DNA of 64,000 bases, from NCBI RefSeq assembly GCF_964355755.1, contig NC_092672.1, positions 36,214,437 through 36,278,436 of the forward strand, in the 5' to 3' direction. The stretch comes from Antedon mediterranea. Its lineage: Eukaryota > Animalia > Echinodermata. This document shows, in pieces, positions 46,915-57,289 of this stretch. The notes under the pieces are model-generated. The model did no database searches, was not told the origin of the DNA, and saw nothing but the letters and a program-made list of their open reading frames with translations. Every line of letters begins with the position of its first letter. The first letter of the stretch is position 1. The position numbers were made by a program, and so were the translations under genes.

Positions 46915-47150
46915 CCTACCTTACTTATCCTCTTCGGCCAAGTTTCCCTTAAGGCTACAAGATGCTCTCTCCAGTCAATTCTGTTTCTAGGTTCAACATT
47001 AGCTTCATTCCATGATCTCGAGTCTTTTTCTTTCTCCAATGTGCGCCCCCAGGTTGTTTTAAAATGGTCGACCCAACCGATGCTTTCCTTCTGGCATCCA
47101 CGAAAAGCATTCAGGATTCATTCTCTGAACATGCCCTAACTTCCACCACC
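46915..47150 (-). mobile_element. Decayed RTE-type LINE 3' fragment
   Basis: The minus strand reads, with frameshifts, LGHVQRM...WMPEGKHRLGRP..TTWGRTLEKE...SWNEA.....NRIDWR, the typical RTE ORF C-terminus. Confidence 0.62.
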
Positions 47151-47514
47151 TCATTTTCACTGATTATTTTTAATTTGGCTTTTTCTAATTATTTCTCCAC
47201 TAAATTAAATGTAAAAGTAAAGTTTCCTTGATGGATTTTAGCAGCAGATACGGATCCAGGGAGTCGTGCTACCCACTTGATAACTAAAACTATTTTGTGA
47301 TCTAGTGGCAAAATATTAATGTTATATGTTAGCGCTGCTCTCCGTTTAAAAGTCCAGGATCCACCCCTGTGCTGATAGAATACAATGATTATCATTTTTA
47401 TTTATTTTTTTATTAAGAATCATTTACAAAAAATACAAATCAAAACTTTTTAACTTTGGAACAATAAAGCTATTTGTTGTTATTTTGTTTGTGGAAATTA
47501 ATACAATTCAAAAA

Positions 47515-47600
47515 GGGTTTCTAGAAAACTAAGATCTAGAAAACTAAGACTATAAGATCTTAGTTTTCCAAGATCTTAGGTCTTAGTTTTCTAGGCACCC
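47515..47600. mobile_element. Small palindromic MITE-like element
   Basis: gggtttctagaaaactaaga ... tcttagttttctaggcaccc inverted ends. Confidence 0.55.
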
Positions 47601-47762
47601 AATTCACAACTTTCTGTAGACTATACATATCAACAAAAGTATGTAACAAGCACATAAAAGGCTAGTACAACTGATTTGTTTACAAAATCTTTTTTACAAT
47701 GTCTGATCTTTATCAATACATGTATTCTGGAATATTGTTGTGCCAACCTCGACATCATCATT

Positions 47763-49889
47763 TTAATCAAAATCTTCTTTCATAAACGACTCGATATCTC
47801 GTCTAATCATATGATGCATAACGGCCTCCTGAGTGCGGTTTGCTTGTTTGGATTCAAGTATGGAATAAAAAAACGGAAAAATGCAAACAGTTGCTGCAGA
47901 TGCGAACAGGCTCTGGACAATCGACAACTTCTGAAATTGATTAACCATGATTAGAGTAGAAAAGCCAAGGTACAATGTCATTAAATAAACAAATACCTTG
48001 ATGACCCTTGACATTATTTCAACAGAGAAGGGTTTGTACCTCTGTGTAATATACTCGAAAATATCTTGCCGAATAGACAAAAAGTTATGCGAGTTGAGGA
48101 TCACGGCTGGTGGTGGGTTTAAAGTCATGCTCCGGTTAAATAAAGGAAACGATTGGCTCGTACAGATCACATGTGAATTTGAATGAACGAGATTTCGATT
48201 CGGATGATCTATATTTTGGTTTTTTTCGATACCTTTATTTTCTTTGGTAATTTTTTCCGCGGTGTTTAAAACGTTCCATAAAAGGTCTGAATACTGCTGT
48301 GTGTAACTGTTGATCATTGTTAAAATGTAAGCGAAAATTCCAATAGCATACACGTAAATCCTACTTAGCGCGCCTGCGTATATGACGATACCGGTGAACG
48401 TGTAACCAATAATTTCAATAATGTACAACAAAATCGTGATGCATTTACCCAACAAGATAACTTCTACAAAAATAAAAAGCACCCAGAGCAGCATCAGCTG
48501 TAGAGATTTTGAAATTTGCGTACTTGTTAGCCAGACGTGGAACATACGCATGAAACAATACAGAAATGGAATACAGTTCAACGCAACAATGAGTAAAAAA
48601 CCGGCACAGTACGGAACAAAACATGTTACGATAATCAATATAGACCAATGTTTTCCAAGCTTGATGGTAAAAAACCGGTAGAATAACTGAATTCCGTGGT
48701 ATCCTGATTTCCAAAGTTCAATCCTAACCAGCATCTCTGCTCGGGCCTGGAGAACATAGAGGAACCGTTTCATGCCTGAATACGAATCATTCGGAATTTT
48801 TAAAGCTTCGGGGAGATCAAACAAATCTAAAGATATTCTTGTGCGATCATGAGAATCTTCTATAAAGATTCGCTCGAACCAATCACTCTTGTGGTGTAAT
48901 GTGTACAACATGCCTACCACAAATATGGTGAAGATGGTGTTTGATATAACGTACCATACAATGCAGTGAACGGTTGTTTTTCCATTTTCCAATACTGCCT
49001 CCCATCTCAAATAAAAGTCCTCTTTATCTGTTGTAAACGCTATAGTATATGGAAGAAATTGTAGAAAAATGAATAAGAACAGGTAAAATAAACAGCGAGT
49101 TATATACACATAGTTATTTGAGTTCCCTTTAAAGAGTAGCCAATATTTCGGTCCTGTCGGTATGTCTGTTAGCAAACTTAAATACTTGATCTGTTTTCCC
49201 TGGTAGATTTTACTCTCGGGATGCGAGCGCAAGACGTATTTCAGCAATAATGGGAAATAGAACGATACTATGAAAGCGAGTAGTGTAATCGTCTTCATCC
49301 AAGGACGTGAAGATCGCGAAGATCGTGATTTAGTGAGAGAATTATCTGAATTATGGTTCCAACATTCGTAAAGCATGCTGCCTTGAAGTATGTTATAATA
49401 CGTGAACATGGTGTTCACTAAATCGTGTTTTTCCAGACAAACCTCAGAGGTGCTTAGTATCGGTTCGTCAGATGTTTCTAACAACGCTTTTGCAATAAGA
49501 GTGAGTTTTACCGCATCGTCTGCCATTCTAAAACAATCCGAATCTTGCGGAAAACTCGCATTCAGTCTAACCGTTTCCATCCTGAGGCTGAGTGTCCCCA
49601 GGGACAGCGAAGGGAAGTCAAACGGTAGACTTAGAAGGAACTTTCCCTTGCTTCCCACGACCCAAACCCAGTGATACGCATCCACGACATCAGAATCGTT
49701 CTGTAAATTAATCTTTTCGGCAAAGTTCAATTTAACTCGCATAAATGTTTTACGGTTTTCGACAGCTTGCGTCAGTCTTTCTGGTTCGTAGATCTTGATG
49801 TGGCAACTTGGAATGGGTACGTGTATTGTTGATCCAAGATGGAAGGTTACCATAGAAACCAATAACCAGGTGATACCGTTGCACAACAT
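47763..49889 (-). CDS. Uncharacterised multi-pass membrane protein with signal peptide (paralog 1), about 708 aa, single coding exon
   Basis: 723-codon ORF. The first ATG (49889) lies just after a strong acceptor ttttcccccag| at 49908. Signal peptide MLCNGITWLLVSMVTFHLG, a Cys-containing ectodomain of about 190 aa, then many hydrophobic segments. Clear motif sharing with 52681-54978. Confidence 0.88.
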   Translation of the reverse strand: MLCNGITWLLVSMVTFHLGSTIHVPIPSCHIKIYEPERLTQAVENRKTFMRVKLNFAEKINLQNDSDVVDAYHWVWVVGSKGKFLLSLPFDFPSLSLGTLSLRMETVRLNASFPQDSDCFRMADDAVKLTLIAKALLETSDEPILSTSEVCLEKHDLVNTMFTYYNILQGSMLYECWNHNSDNSLTKSRSSRSSRPWMKTITLLAFIVSFYFPLLLKYVLRSHPESKIYQGKQIKYLSLLTDIPTGPKYWLLFKGNSNNYVYITRCLFYLFLFIFLQFLPYTIAFTTDKEDFYLRWEAVLENGKTTVHCIVWYVISNTIFTIFVVGMLYTLHHKSDWFERIFIEDSHDRTRISLDLFDLPEALKIPNDSYSGMKRFLYVLQARAEMLVRIELWKSGYHGIQLFYRFFTIKLGKHWSILIIVTCFVPYCAGFLLIVALNCIPFLYCFMRMFHVWLTSTQISKSLQLMLLWVLFIFVEVILLGKCITILLYIIEIIGYTFTGIVIYAGALSRIYVYAIGIFAYILTMINSYTQQYSDLLWNVLNTAEKITKENKGIEKNQNIDHPNRNLVHSNSHVICTSQSFPLFNRSMTLNPPPAVILNSHNFLSIRQDIFEYITQRYKPFSVEIMSRVIKVFVYLMTLYLGFSTLIMVNQFQKLSIVQSLFASAATVCIFPFFYSILESKQANRTQEAVMHHMIRRDIESFMKEDFD

Positions 49890-50921
49890 TGTGTTTATTG
49901 TTGTAAACCTGGGGGAAAAATAGAAATATTTCAAGTGTTATTGTAGCTTTGGAAGGCCGGCCCAGGTCCCCACGCTAAATGTATAAACATTATAGAGAGG
50001 GCATCACAGTTCAGCACTTCTGTTTACTTTTTTTACTTTCAAAATCATGGATCCTTCATTTCTTAATGTTTGAATGTTTGTATATGAGTGACTCACTCCT
50101 TTGTTGAGTTCTGAGGTTGACCCCTTAAAGGGGGTCCTACTTTGTATTTGTAAATTGTACAATGAATATATAATACTGTTAAGTAGATCTTAAACTACTT
50201 GTCATGTTTAAGTAACTGTTTACAGCTATAATATATAAGTATATACTATATAATAATAAGTACTGTATTAAATTTTGTCCTAAAGTAAAAACTGAAACTT
50301 TAAAAAAAAGAATAATATTGTGATCATATACAGTATCACAAGGTCACGTGTTCTAATATATATGTCATATTATAATTATTATTTGAAACCTTACCTGGAT
50401 AGTTTTTTTGTTACCTTGCGGTAGTTAGCTCTCTGGATAGCTAGCTACAGACAGACACAAAGCGTGGTAGTTGGTGTATTACTGTTTTTTTAATTTAGTG
50501 GAGTTGGATCTCTCTGGTACAAAGAGCTCATTCAGGAAGTTTGGATTTCCTTCCTGAAGAATAAAAGAAAAATATTTTGCTCAGTTATTGTTTTCATTTT
50601 AAGATTCTCAACACATGTTTGTAGGGTAAGAAACAAACTTTTTTATTTTTAATCCATCTAACTTTGCTGTCATTTTTAACCCCAGATTCATACTCACTGA
50701 GATTTTATTATTTAATTTATGCCTCCGTCAAAAGCATTTGCTTGATTTATGTTTGTAGACTTATGTCTTTTTAAAAATAGAAATAGTCATCTGCTATGAA
50801 TGCAATGTTCTATTATGTGTCTCTAATTACAGTATATTCTAACATATGTAACTTGATACTCATTTCCTCGCTGGTATGACCAGGCTAACTATGGAACTAT
50901 AATATAATATTATATATTATA

Positions 50922-51446
50922 TCGTGAGGTAATTTCCCGATTGATCGTAATCAAAACGGTACTGGGTATGGTCTACTAGTTTTTCTGCTCCCAACCAGTA
51001 CATCCATTCATAGAAGCTTTGATGAAGTAAGCCTACCTGGTGGTAACCATAGAACGGTTCCGAGATAACGACTACCGTATACTTCGGCTTTAGTCGGTAG
51101 AAGATGAAAAAATTGTTAGAGATAGAGTATACGATGTTTGATTATGTGTAGATGTGTGATTTGTTCTTTTACTCAAATGATATTATTTATTTAATCCATT
51201 TTTTATATCAATTAATTAAATTATCGTAGATTGTATATTATGCGATAAATATTATTTAATAATTTGTTTTGATATATTTTTATTGTTATTTTTATTATTA
51301 TATTAAAAAAGATATCTGTTAGTATAAATTAAAAAATATAGATATAAGGAAGAAAAGCAAAGAGATTATGGAGCGGCTGTACCAGAATAACGTAGACCAT
51401 ACCCAGTACCGTTTTGATTACGATCAATCGGGAAATTACCTCACGA
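50922..51446. mobile_element. Non-autonomous element with perfect 55-bp inverted repeats
   Basis: tcgtgaggtaatttcccgattgatcgtaatcaaaacggtactgggtatggtctac (50922-50976) and its exact reverse complement (51392-51446). Confidence 0.8.
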
Positions 51447-52680
51447 AATCATGGGCTAACTAACTACCTTACACCAGCAGTCCTCTTGAATTTATCACAG
51501 AGATAAAAACACAAACATTTATATAAAGTGATGACATATCTGTTTGTGACTGTGTAGTGTATAGTAGTGAACTTCCTATTTATGTTTTTATGTATATGGC
51601 TCATACAGCATCCATCATGCTCAAACAAAGGAAAATGTTCTCATTTCTCTAAAATACCATGTGCTTTTCTTTGTATTTACCTATTTTTTCTATGATATTT
51701 AGAAACAATTCATACTATACCTTATATAAGCACTACTGTGAATCAACATTCTTCTGTCTGCTGTACAAATGTGTAAACTGATGTGGACTAAAAAACAGAA
51801 CCATCCTCATTGGATGGAAACAATACTCCACTCTACCACCAGTCTACTTAGTTGTCATGGCAACAATCACTTTGACCTCAATGTGTACCTTGTACATCCT
51901 TACACCAATTAAAAGTACCATATGTTTTGGAATAATGTAGTATAAAAGATAAGGGCCATTATTAAACCACCTTAGTTGTTGAGGTGATCCCTGTCGAAAA
52001 CTTTAATTTGACAAGACTATCCCTAAGACTTCCTCAAATGGGATAGGCCAAATTAGATCATACACCTCATAATAACATTCCCATAGTCTGTATATTATTC
52101 ATTCATGCAAGAAGCACACAAAGTAAATTGGTGACTTTATTTATCTGTAGGTAGAAAGTTGATGTTGCTACAAGCTTAGGTAGAAGGTTATTGAATGATC
52201 TCCAATCACAGTTAAACAGTTTACAAACTTGGATGTCATGGTTGTAAGTCTGTTTACAGTCATCCCGTACTTAATACATTTAAAGCGCATATAAGTTAAC
52301 TTTGTTTGACTTTTTGGTAAGTGTATTCATTTTTTAAATATTCATAGGTTCAGACATAACCAGGCCAGTTGCTGGCTGTGAAGATTTGCAGTAGAAAAAC
52401 TGGGCTTTTCCCTTAGTACTCTCGCCACTGAATGTAAGAAGAATGAATGAAGCCAGGATTAATTTTATGGGATAATTTCATGGGATACTCCATGGATAAT
52501 TACATGGGATAATTAGGCCTACATAGGATATATTATATAATACTAGTATGTGCATGGAGGTATATACCTCCATGGTATGTGTAACTGGAAAGTTTTATTG
52601 AATGCTAGATACAAATAGTACTTCCACGAGGTTAAAAAAAAAATTATTGAGGTTTTTCTTTCAGTCTTTACGCATTGATC

Positions 52681-54978
52681 ATGACACGCTCTAGGAGAAT
52701 CTTACTTCTTGTGGCAGCCATGTGTATTGTGACGTCATCCAGAGACATCTCTGCAAGGATCCAATCCGATAACACTACCTGTCTACTGGAGATGGATGGC
52801 ACAGATGTCTTGCAAGAACTCTTGGAAGGTGATGCTGTTTTTATCAACATAAAATTGTTATCTTTTGTTGATGCTTCTGATTCTGTTGGAATGGATTTTT
52901 ACGAAAATACAACAGTGATTGACGTCAACCACTGGGTTGTGGCTGTCGGGAAAATCGGTGAACTCCTTTCGACATTTCCTTTTGATTTTGAATACCTGTC
53001 ACTTGGAACTCTAACTCCTGGTGTGGAACACATCTCCTTAAACGTCACATCAATACCCGAGTGTTTCTTTGATGTTGACAACGAGGACAAATTAAACATT
53101 ATTGCAAAATCTTTGCTACAACTCGAAAGCGATGAAAATGTGAAACAAGACGTTTGCATTGAGCGGCAGCTAACACGCGATAATTTCAGCGTATCAGGTG
53201 TTTACGGAGTGCCTGCCTGTTATTACACTCTTCTTCAGGGCAGTACATACTTTGAATGCTGGCAAATATCAGGAGAAGATAGTTCAGTGGAACTTAGTAA
53301 TTTCGTGACGCATTTCTGGCTGGACACCTTTTTCTGGATTAGTGTAGTATTCACTTTTTATTTTAACTTGTTCTTCGTCTCCTTTTTTTGTCGTGTGAAA
53401 CCAATGGTTGATAACGAAAAACAATACTTGAGCATACGAACTGATCTACCAATGGGTTTTAAGTATTTGATGTTTTATAAGGGAAATCAATATACTTTTG
53501 TTTTTGTTTCACGTTGGCTTGTACTATTGGTTCTTGTCGCTTTCTTACAATACATACCTTACATCATTGCACATGTCTCTGACAGCGATAATTTCACACG
53601 TCGTTGGGCAGCGATTTTTAACAATGAAGTGATTCAAGAGAGTACATTTTGGGGTTGGAATATTTATGTAAATTTGGTGTATTTTATTTTTGGGGTTATT
53701 CTGATGATAACCTGGTTGAACTGTCAAAACTGGTTTGAAACTAAGTACATTGAGTCAATAATGCGAGATCATTTTTTTCTGGAAGAGTTCAATCTCGCGC
53801 CAGATTTGAAAATTCCAAAAGATAATTACAGTGGCCTGTATAGATTTTTATTTGTCGTGAAGGAGAGGACAAAGATGGCCGTATCGATTTCTCATTGGAA
53901 GCACGGGTTGAAGGGGTTTTGGAAGTCTTTGTCGTTCATAAACAACAAGGTACTACAGTATACCGTGGCAGCAATTCTCGTTGTACCGTTCCTATGTATC
54001 TACACCATTGGCACTGCAGTTAATTCTATCCCGTTGTTTTATTGCATGTTACGTTTCTTCCAAATATGGGTGATTGATGACAATATGAAACTTAGCAATC
54101 GTGTTTTGATGATTTCAGCTTCTTTTGGTCTCTTATTCGTCGAGATTGCTCTGTTGGGAAAATTTGTATCTATCTTTGCATATGTCTCCGGTATTGTATG
54201 TTACTTCTGCATCGGTTTACTGGTGAACTCCGGTACTGCCGGCGTCTTTGTTGCTGTCTCTGTCATCGTGATTGGTTACGTCATTTCGACGTTAACAGAT
54301 TATTACAAAGGATATGTGGTTCTTTTACAGCAAGTGATATCGGTGCTAGATGAGTTAATCACAGATAACATGGTTCAAGTTTCTAGTGATAAACTTCCAT
54401 CTTTTCCACAATGTACAGATCAGATAAATAATACCTGCATTCCTCTTTCTACTGTTGTTGACTTTCAAGCTGGTGGGAATGCTGGTACGTCAACTGGACC
54501 TTCAACTGGACATTCAACTGGACCTTCAACTGACCCTAACACACAACCTACTAGTACCCCTACTCCTTCAAATGGAACTCCTGCACCAGCACCATCAAGT
54601 GATAGCACATCTTTACCAGTAATCAGACAAGACACCGAAGGCTTAACTGCTATTGAAAAGACTCTCTTTGACTTGATTGTTCAGAAGTATAGACCAACAG
54701 GGATTCAAATCTTGACTGTCATCATGCAACTCCTGATTCTGAGTCTAGTAATCTGGGTTGGTTTCTCTACTCTAAAGCTTATTGAAGATTTCACTGACTT
54801 AAACCAGCAAGTAGAACTATTTGCAGGAGTTGTCATTGCTGGTATTGTACCTCTTTTTCAGGAAATTCTACGAAATAAGGCGGAAGAAGAGAGCAGACAA
54901 AAGATTCGTGAAAAATGTATCCGGCGCGACATTGAAGAATATCTGGCTAATGGAACATTTCAAACTTTGGTTATCTAA
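52681..54978 (+). CDS. Uncharacterised multi-pass membrane protein with signal peptide (paralog 2), about 765 aa, single coding exon
   Basis: 767-codon ORF. The ATG at 52681 follows acceptor tttttctttcag| at 52664. Signal peptide RILLLVAAMCIVTSS, multiple NxS/T sequons, many TM segments, and a Ser/Thr/Pro-rich loop insert. AATAAA signals at about 55379 and 55502. Confidence 0.9.
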   Translation: MTRSRRILLLVAAMCIVTSSRDISARIQSDNTTCLLEMDGTDVLQELLEGDAVFINIKLLSFVDASDSVGMDFYENTTVIDVNHWVVAVGKIGELLSTFPFDFEYLSLGTLTPGVEHISLNVTSIPECFFDVDNEDKLNIIAKSLLQLESDENVKQDVCIERQLTRDNFSVSGVYGVPACYYTLLQGSTYFECWQISGEDSSVELSNFVTHFWLDTFFWISVVFTFYFNLFFVSFFCRVKPMVDNEKQYLSIRTDLPMGFKYLMFYKGNQYTFVFVSRWLVLLVLVAFLQYIPYIIAHVSDSDNFTRRWAAIFNNEVIQESTFWGWNIYVNLVYFIFGVILMITWLNCQNWFETKYIESIMRDHFFLEEFNLAPDLKIPKDNYSGLYRFLFVVKERTKMAVSISHWKHGLKGFWKSLSFINNKVLQYTVAAILVVPFLCIYTIGTAVNSIPLFYCMLRFFQIWVIDDNMKLSNRVLMISASFGLLFVEIALLGKFVSIFAYVSGIVCYFCIGLLVNSGTAGVFVAVSVIVIGYVISTLTDYYKGYVVLLQQVISVLDELITDNMVQVSSDKLPSFPQCTDQINNTCIPLSTVVDFQAGGNAGTSTGPSTGHSTGPSTDPNTQPTSTPTPSNGTPAPAPSSDSTSLPVIRQDTEGLTAIEKTLFDLIVQKYRPTGIQILTVIMQLLILSLVIWVGFSTLKLIEDFTDLNQQVELFAGVVIAGIVPLFQEILRNKAEEESRQKIREKCIRRDIEEYLANGTFQTLVI

Positions 54979-55049
54979 CATTGTAACCATCTGTCAATTA
55001 TTTTATGCAAAGGTACTTATATTTGCCTGTTTTAATATGCAAATGACTT

Positions 55050-55270
55050 AAAGCAAATGGCCTGATTTATAGCAAATGGCCTGTTTTATACAAATGACTT
55101 TTATATACAAGTGGACCTTTATGCAAATGATGATTTATAGTAAATGGCCTGTTTTATACAAATGACTTTTAGATGCAAGTGTACCCCTATGCAAATGATG
55201 ATTTATAGCAAATGGCCTGTTTTATAAAAAATGACTTTTAAATGCAAGTGAACCTCTATGCAAATGAATT
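55050..55270. repeat. Degenerate tandem repeat in the 3' region of paralog 2
   Basis: Repeated gcaaatggcctgttttata...caaatgacttt blocks. Confidence 0.7.
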
Positions 55271-57154
55271 TATAAAAATAACCTGCTGTTTTTTTTTAAT
55301 TCTCTATTATGCTTGCAAATGTAAATTTTCCTTGTTGCTTACAGCAGTTTTAATTTTGAAATCTTGATTTGGGTTTAGAATAAATTTAGTCCAGACTTAA
55401 TATACAGTATTTGTACAAACATTTTTATATATATAATGAGGAAACTCATCTTTTTAAAGTTAAAGAATAGATTCATTTTTGTATTTTGTGAACTGATAAT
55501 CAATAAATGTTTTTGTTTTAAAAAATGAAATGCTGCAACTAATCTAATGTTATTCAGGTCATATTTATATATGTTTATCTTATAAGGTGTACAACCCTTG
55601 TAACCATATTATTGCTTAACTGTCTCAGCTAAAATAGACTGCTGCTTAATATGGATAGATAAAACACAAACATTTGAATTATAAACATTTATTTATTTTG
55701 ATACACCTTGCAGCATACAATAAATTTGTAACAAAACAATAATTGTAAGCATAAAAAATGGCACAAAAAACCAGCATTATAGAAACTGTGAAAAACACTA
55801 AGAATTCAATATACATTTTTTATTTGATTTTATACATAAAAAGTATTACATACCATACCATATATATGTAAAGACGATTGTTAGATATTTATATAATAGA
55901 TATAAGTGACCTAGAAGCTAGGGGCATAAATTAGTCTTTACCGATTCACCACGATAAGCGCTTAAAGCGCTCAAAAGGTTAAAAGTCAAGGTCATTGTAA
56001 ACAAATTACTGTATCAACAACAAAAAAGTAAATCGAATTTACATGCGCAGTTTGCTGTGCATGAATCGTAACAACAAATTATACAAAATATTCACAACTT
56101 TTTTTAAAAAAATATGCTTCTAAATATATAAAAACAATTGTTGAAGTTAGTTTGAAAATAAAATTCGAAAATATAACCGTTTTTCGAAGCACGCTGTTCG
56201 AAACGCGACAGGCGCGTTGAATGAATCTAGGCCTAGGCCTAAACATACAACGTAAAATCGTCTAAAATCCATCTTTATTTCTAATAATCACTATTTTGAA
56301 GCTTGTATACAATAAATGTATAATAAATAAAGATTATGTATCAGTTACAGTGTCTAAATCGTCATATTTCCATGTAAAAATGTGATTTTTCTACCGGAGA
56401 AAAGTCGTGAAGATGTCCTCACAAGGGCCGCGCCATATTGTTTACCTTTGATTGTAATATGAACCCTGACATGTCAGATGCATTATGGGCATGAAATATT
56501 TGTTCAAACTTCAGCTGCGCAAAGGTCAGTTTATTGAAGCATAACTTTTGACAAACATTTTGATACCAAACTTGTTTTAATTTCATAAGTTTTCGACGCA
56601 TTTTCGTCAAATTTTCTGCAAGCTACACGTCTAAAACAGCGGACTAAGCTCCCGAGGGATGCCGGTGCGCGTGAGAATCGCGAATTCCAAGTCGCTTTCG
56701 GGATGTTTTTTTTAACATTCCCGGTGAACAAACAGCGGCGACGACGCTCTCGGGGCGGCTCCCGATAGGCCTAGGCCCCATATGGTCATCGTCGGATGAG
56801 TCAGTCTACTAATTTCTTCATAATTTCGAAACCGGTCATTCATAATGGTCAAGTTTGGTCTTATTTTGAAGAGAAGAAATAGGTTCTGATGAAGAGATGA
56901 GTTTTATTATGAAATATTTATTAATTTTTGTGCATTTGGTAGTCAAAGATAAATTACAAATTTTTTATAATTTTCCTAAAATATTTATAAAATTTGCATA
57001 ATCCATACTCCGCCAAAATAAGTTGTAACACAAATTTGATAACATATTTGGAAATAAAATGTCCTTTATTGAGTGAATTTTCTCCAACTCAAAAACATTG
57101 TAATAAATAGTTGATCTGAGAAATAATACTATATGTCCGAGAAATACTGTATTA

Positions 57155-57275
57155 AGCTCTGTCTACACTATCAAACTTTATGTGACAACAAAATGTGATG
57201 TGCCCATATGGACATGATGATGTCATATCACTACCATATTTGGTTTTTGTCAATCTAGTTTGTGTAAACAGAGCT
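57155..57275. mobile_element. Harbinger-like MITE, family A
   Basis: TTA-agctctgtctacactatcaaac ... gtgtaaacagagct-TTA, with matching TSD. Confidence 0.78.
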
Positions 57276-57289
57276 TTAGCAACATAATA

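Noticed and set aside
47676-49674. Short ORFs overlapping the membrane-protein gene (47676, 47998, 48421, 48445, 49402)
   Set aside because: Alternative-frame or antisense by-products of the long CDS. The same holds for 52668, 52899, 53545 and 54821.
49890-49934. N-terminal 15 codons of the 723-aa ORF
   Set aside because: The ORF begins at a non-ATG codon upstream of a splice acceptor at 49908; the real start is most likely the ATG at 49889.
55900-57140. Possible further non-autonomous DNA transposon
   Set aside because: Composition is TE-like (CpG-rich patches, taggccta motifs), but I could not define convincing TIRs or a TSD by eye.
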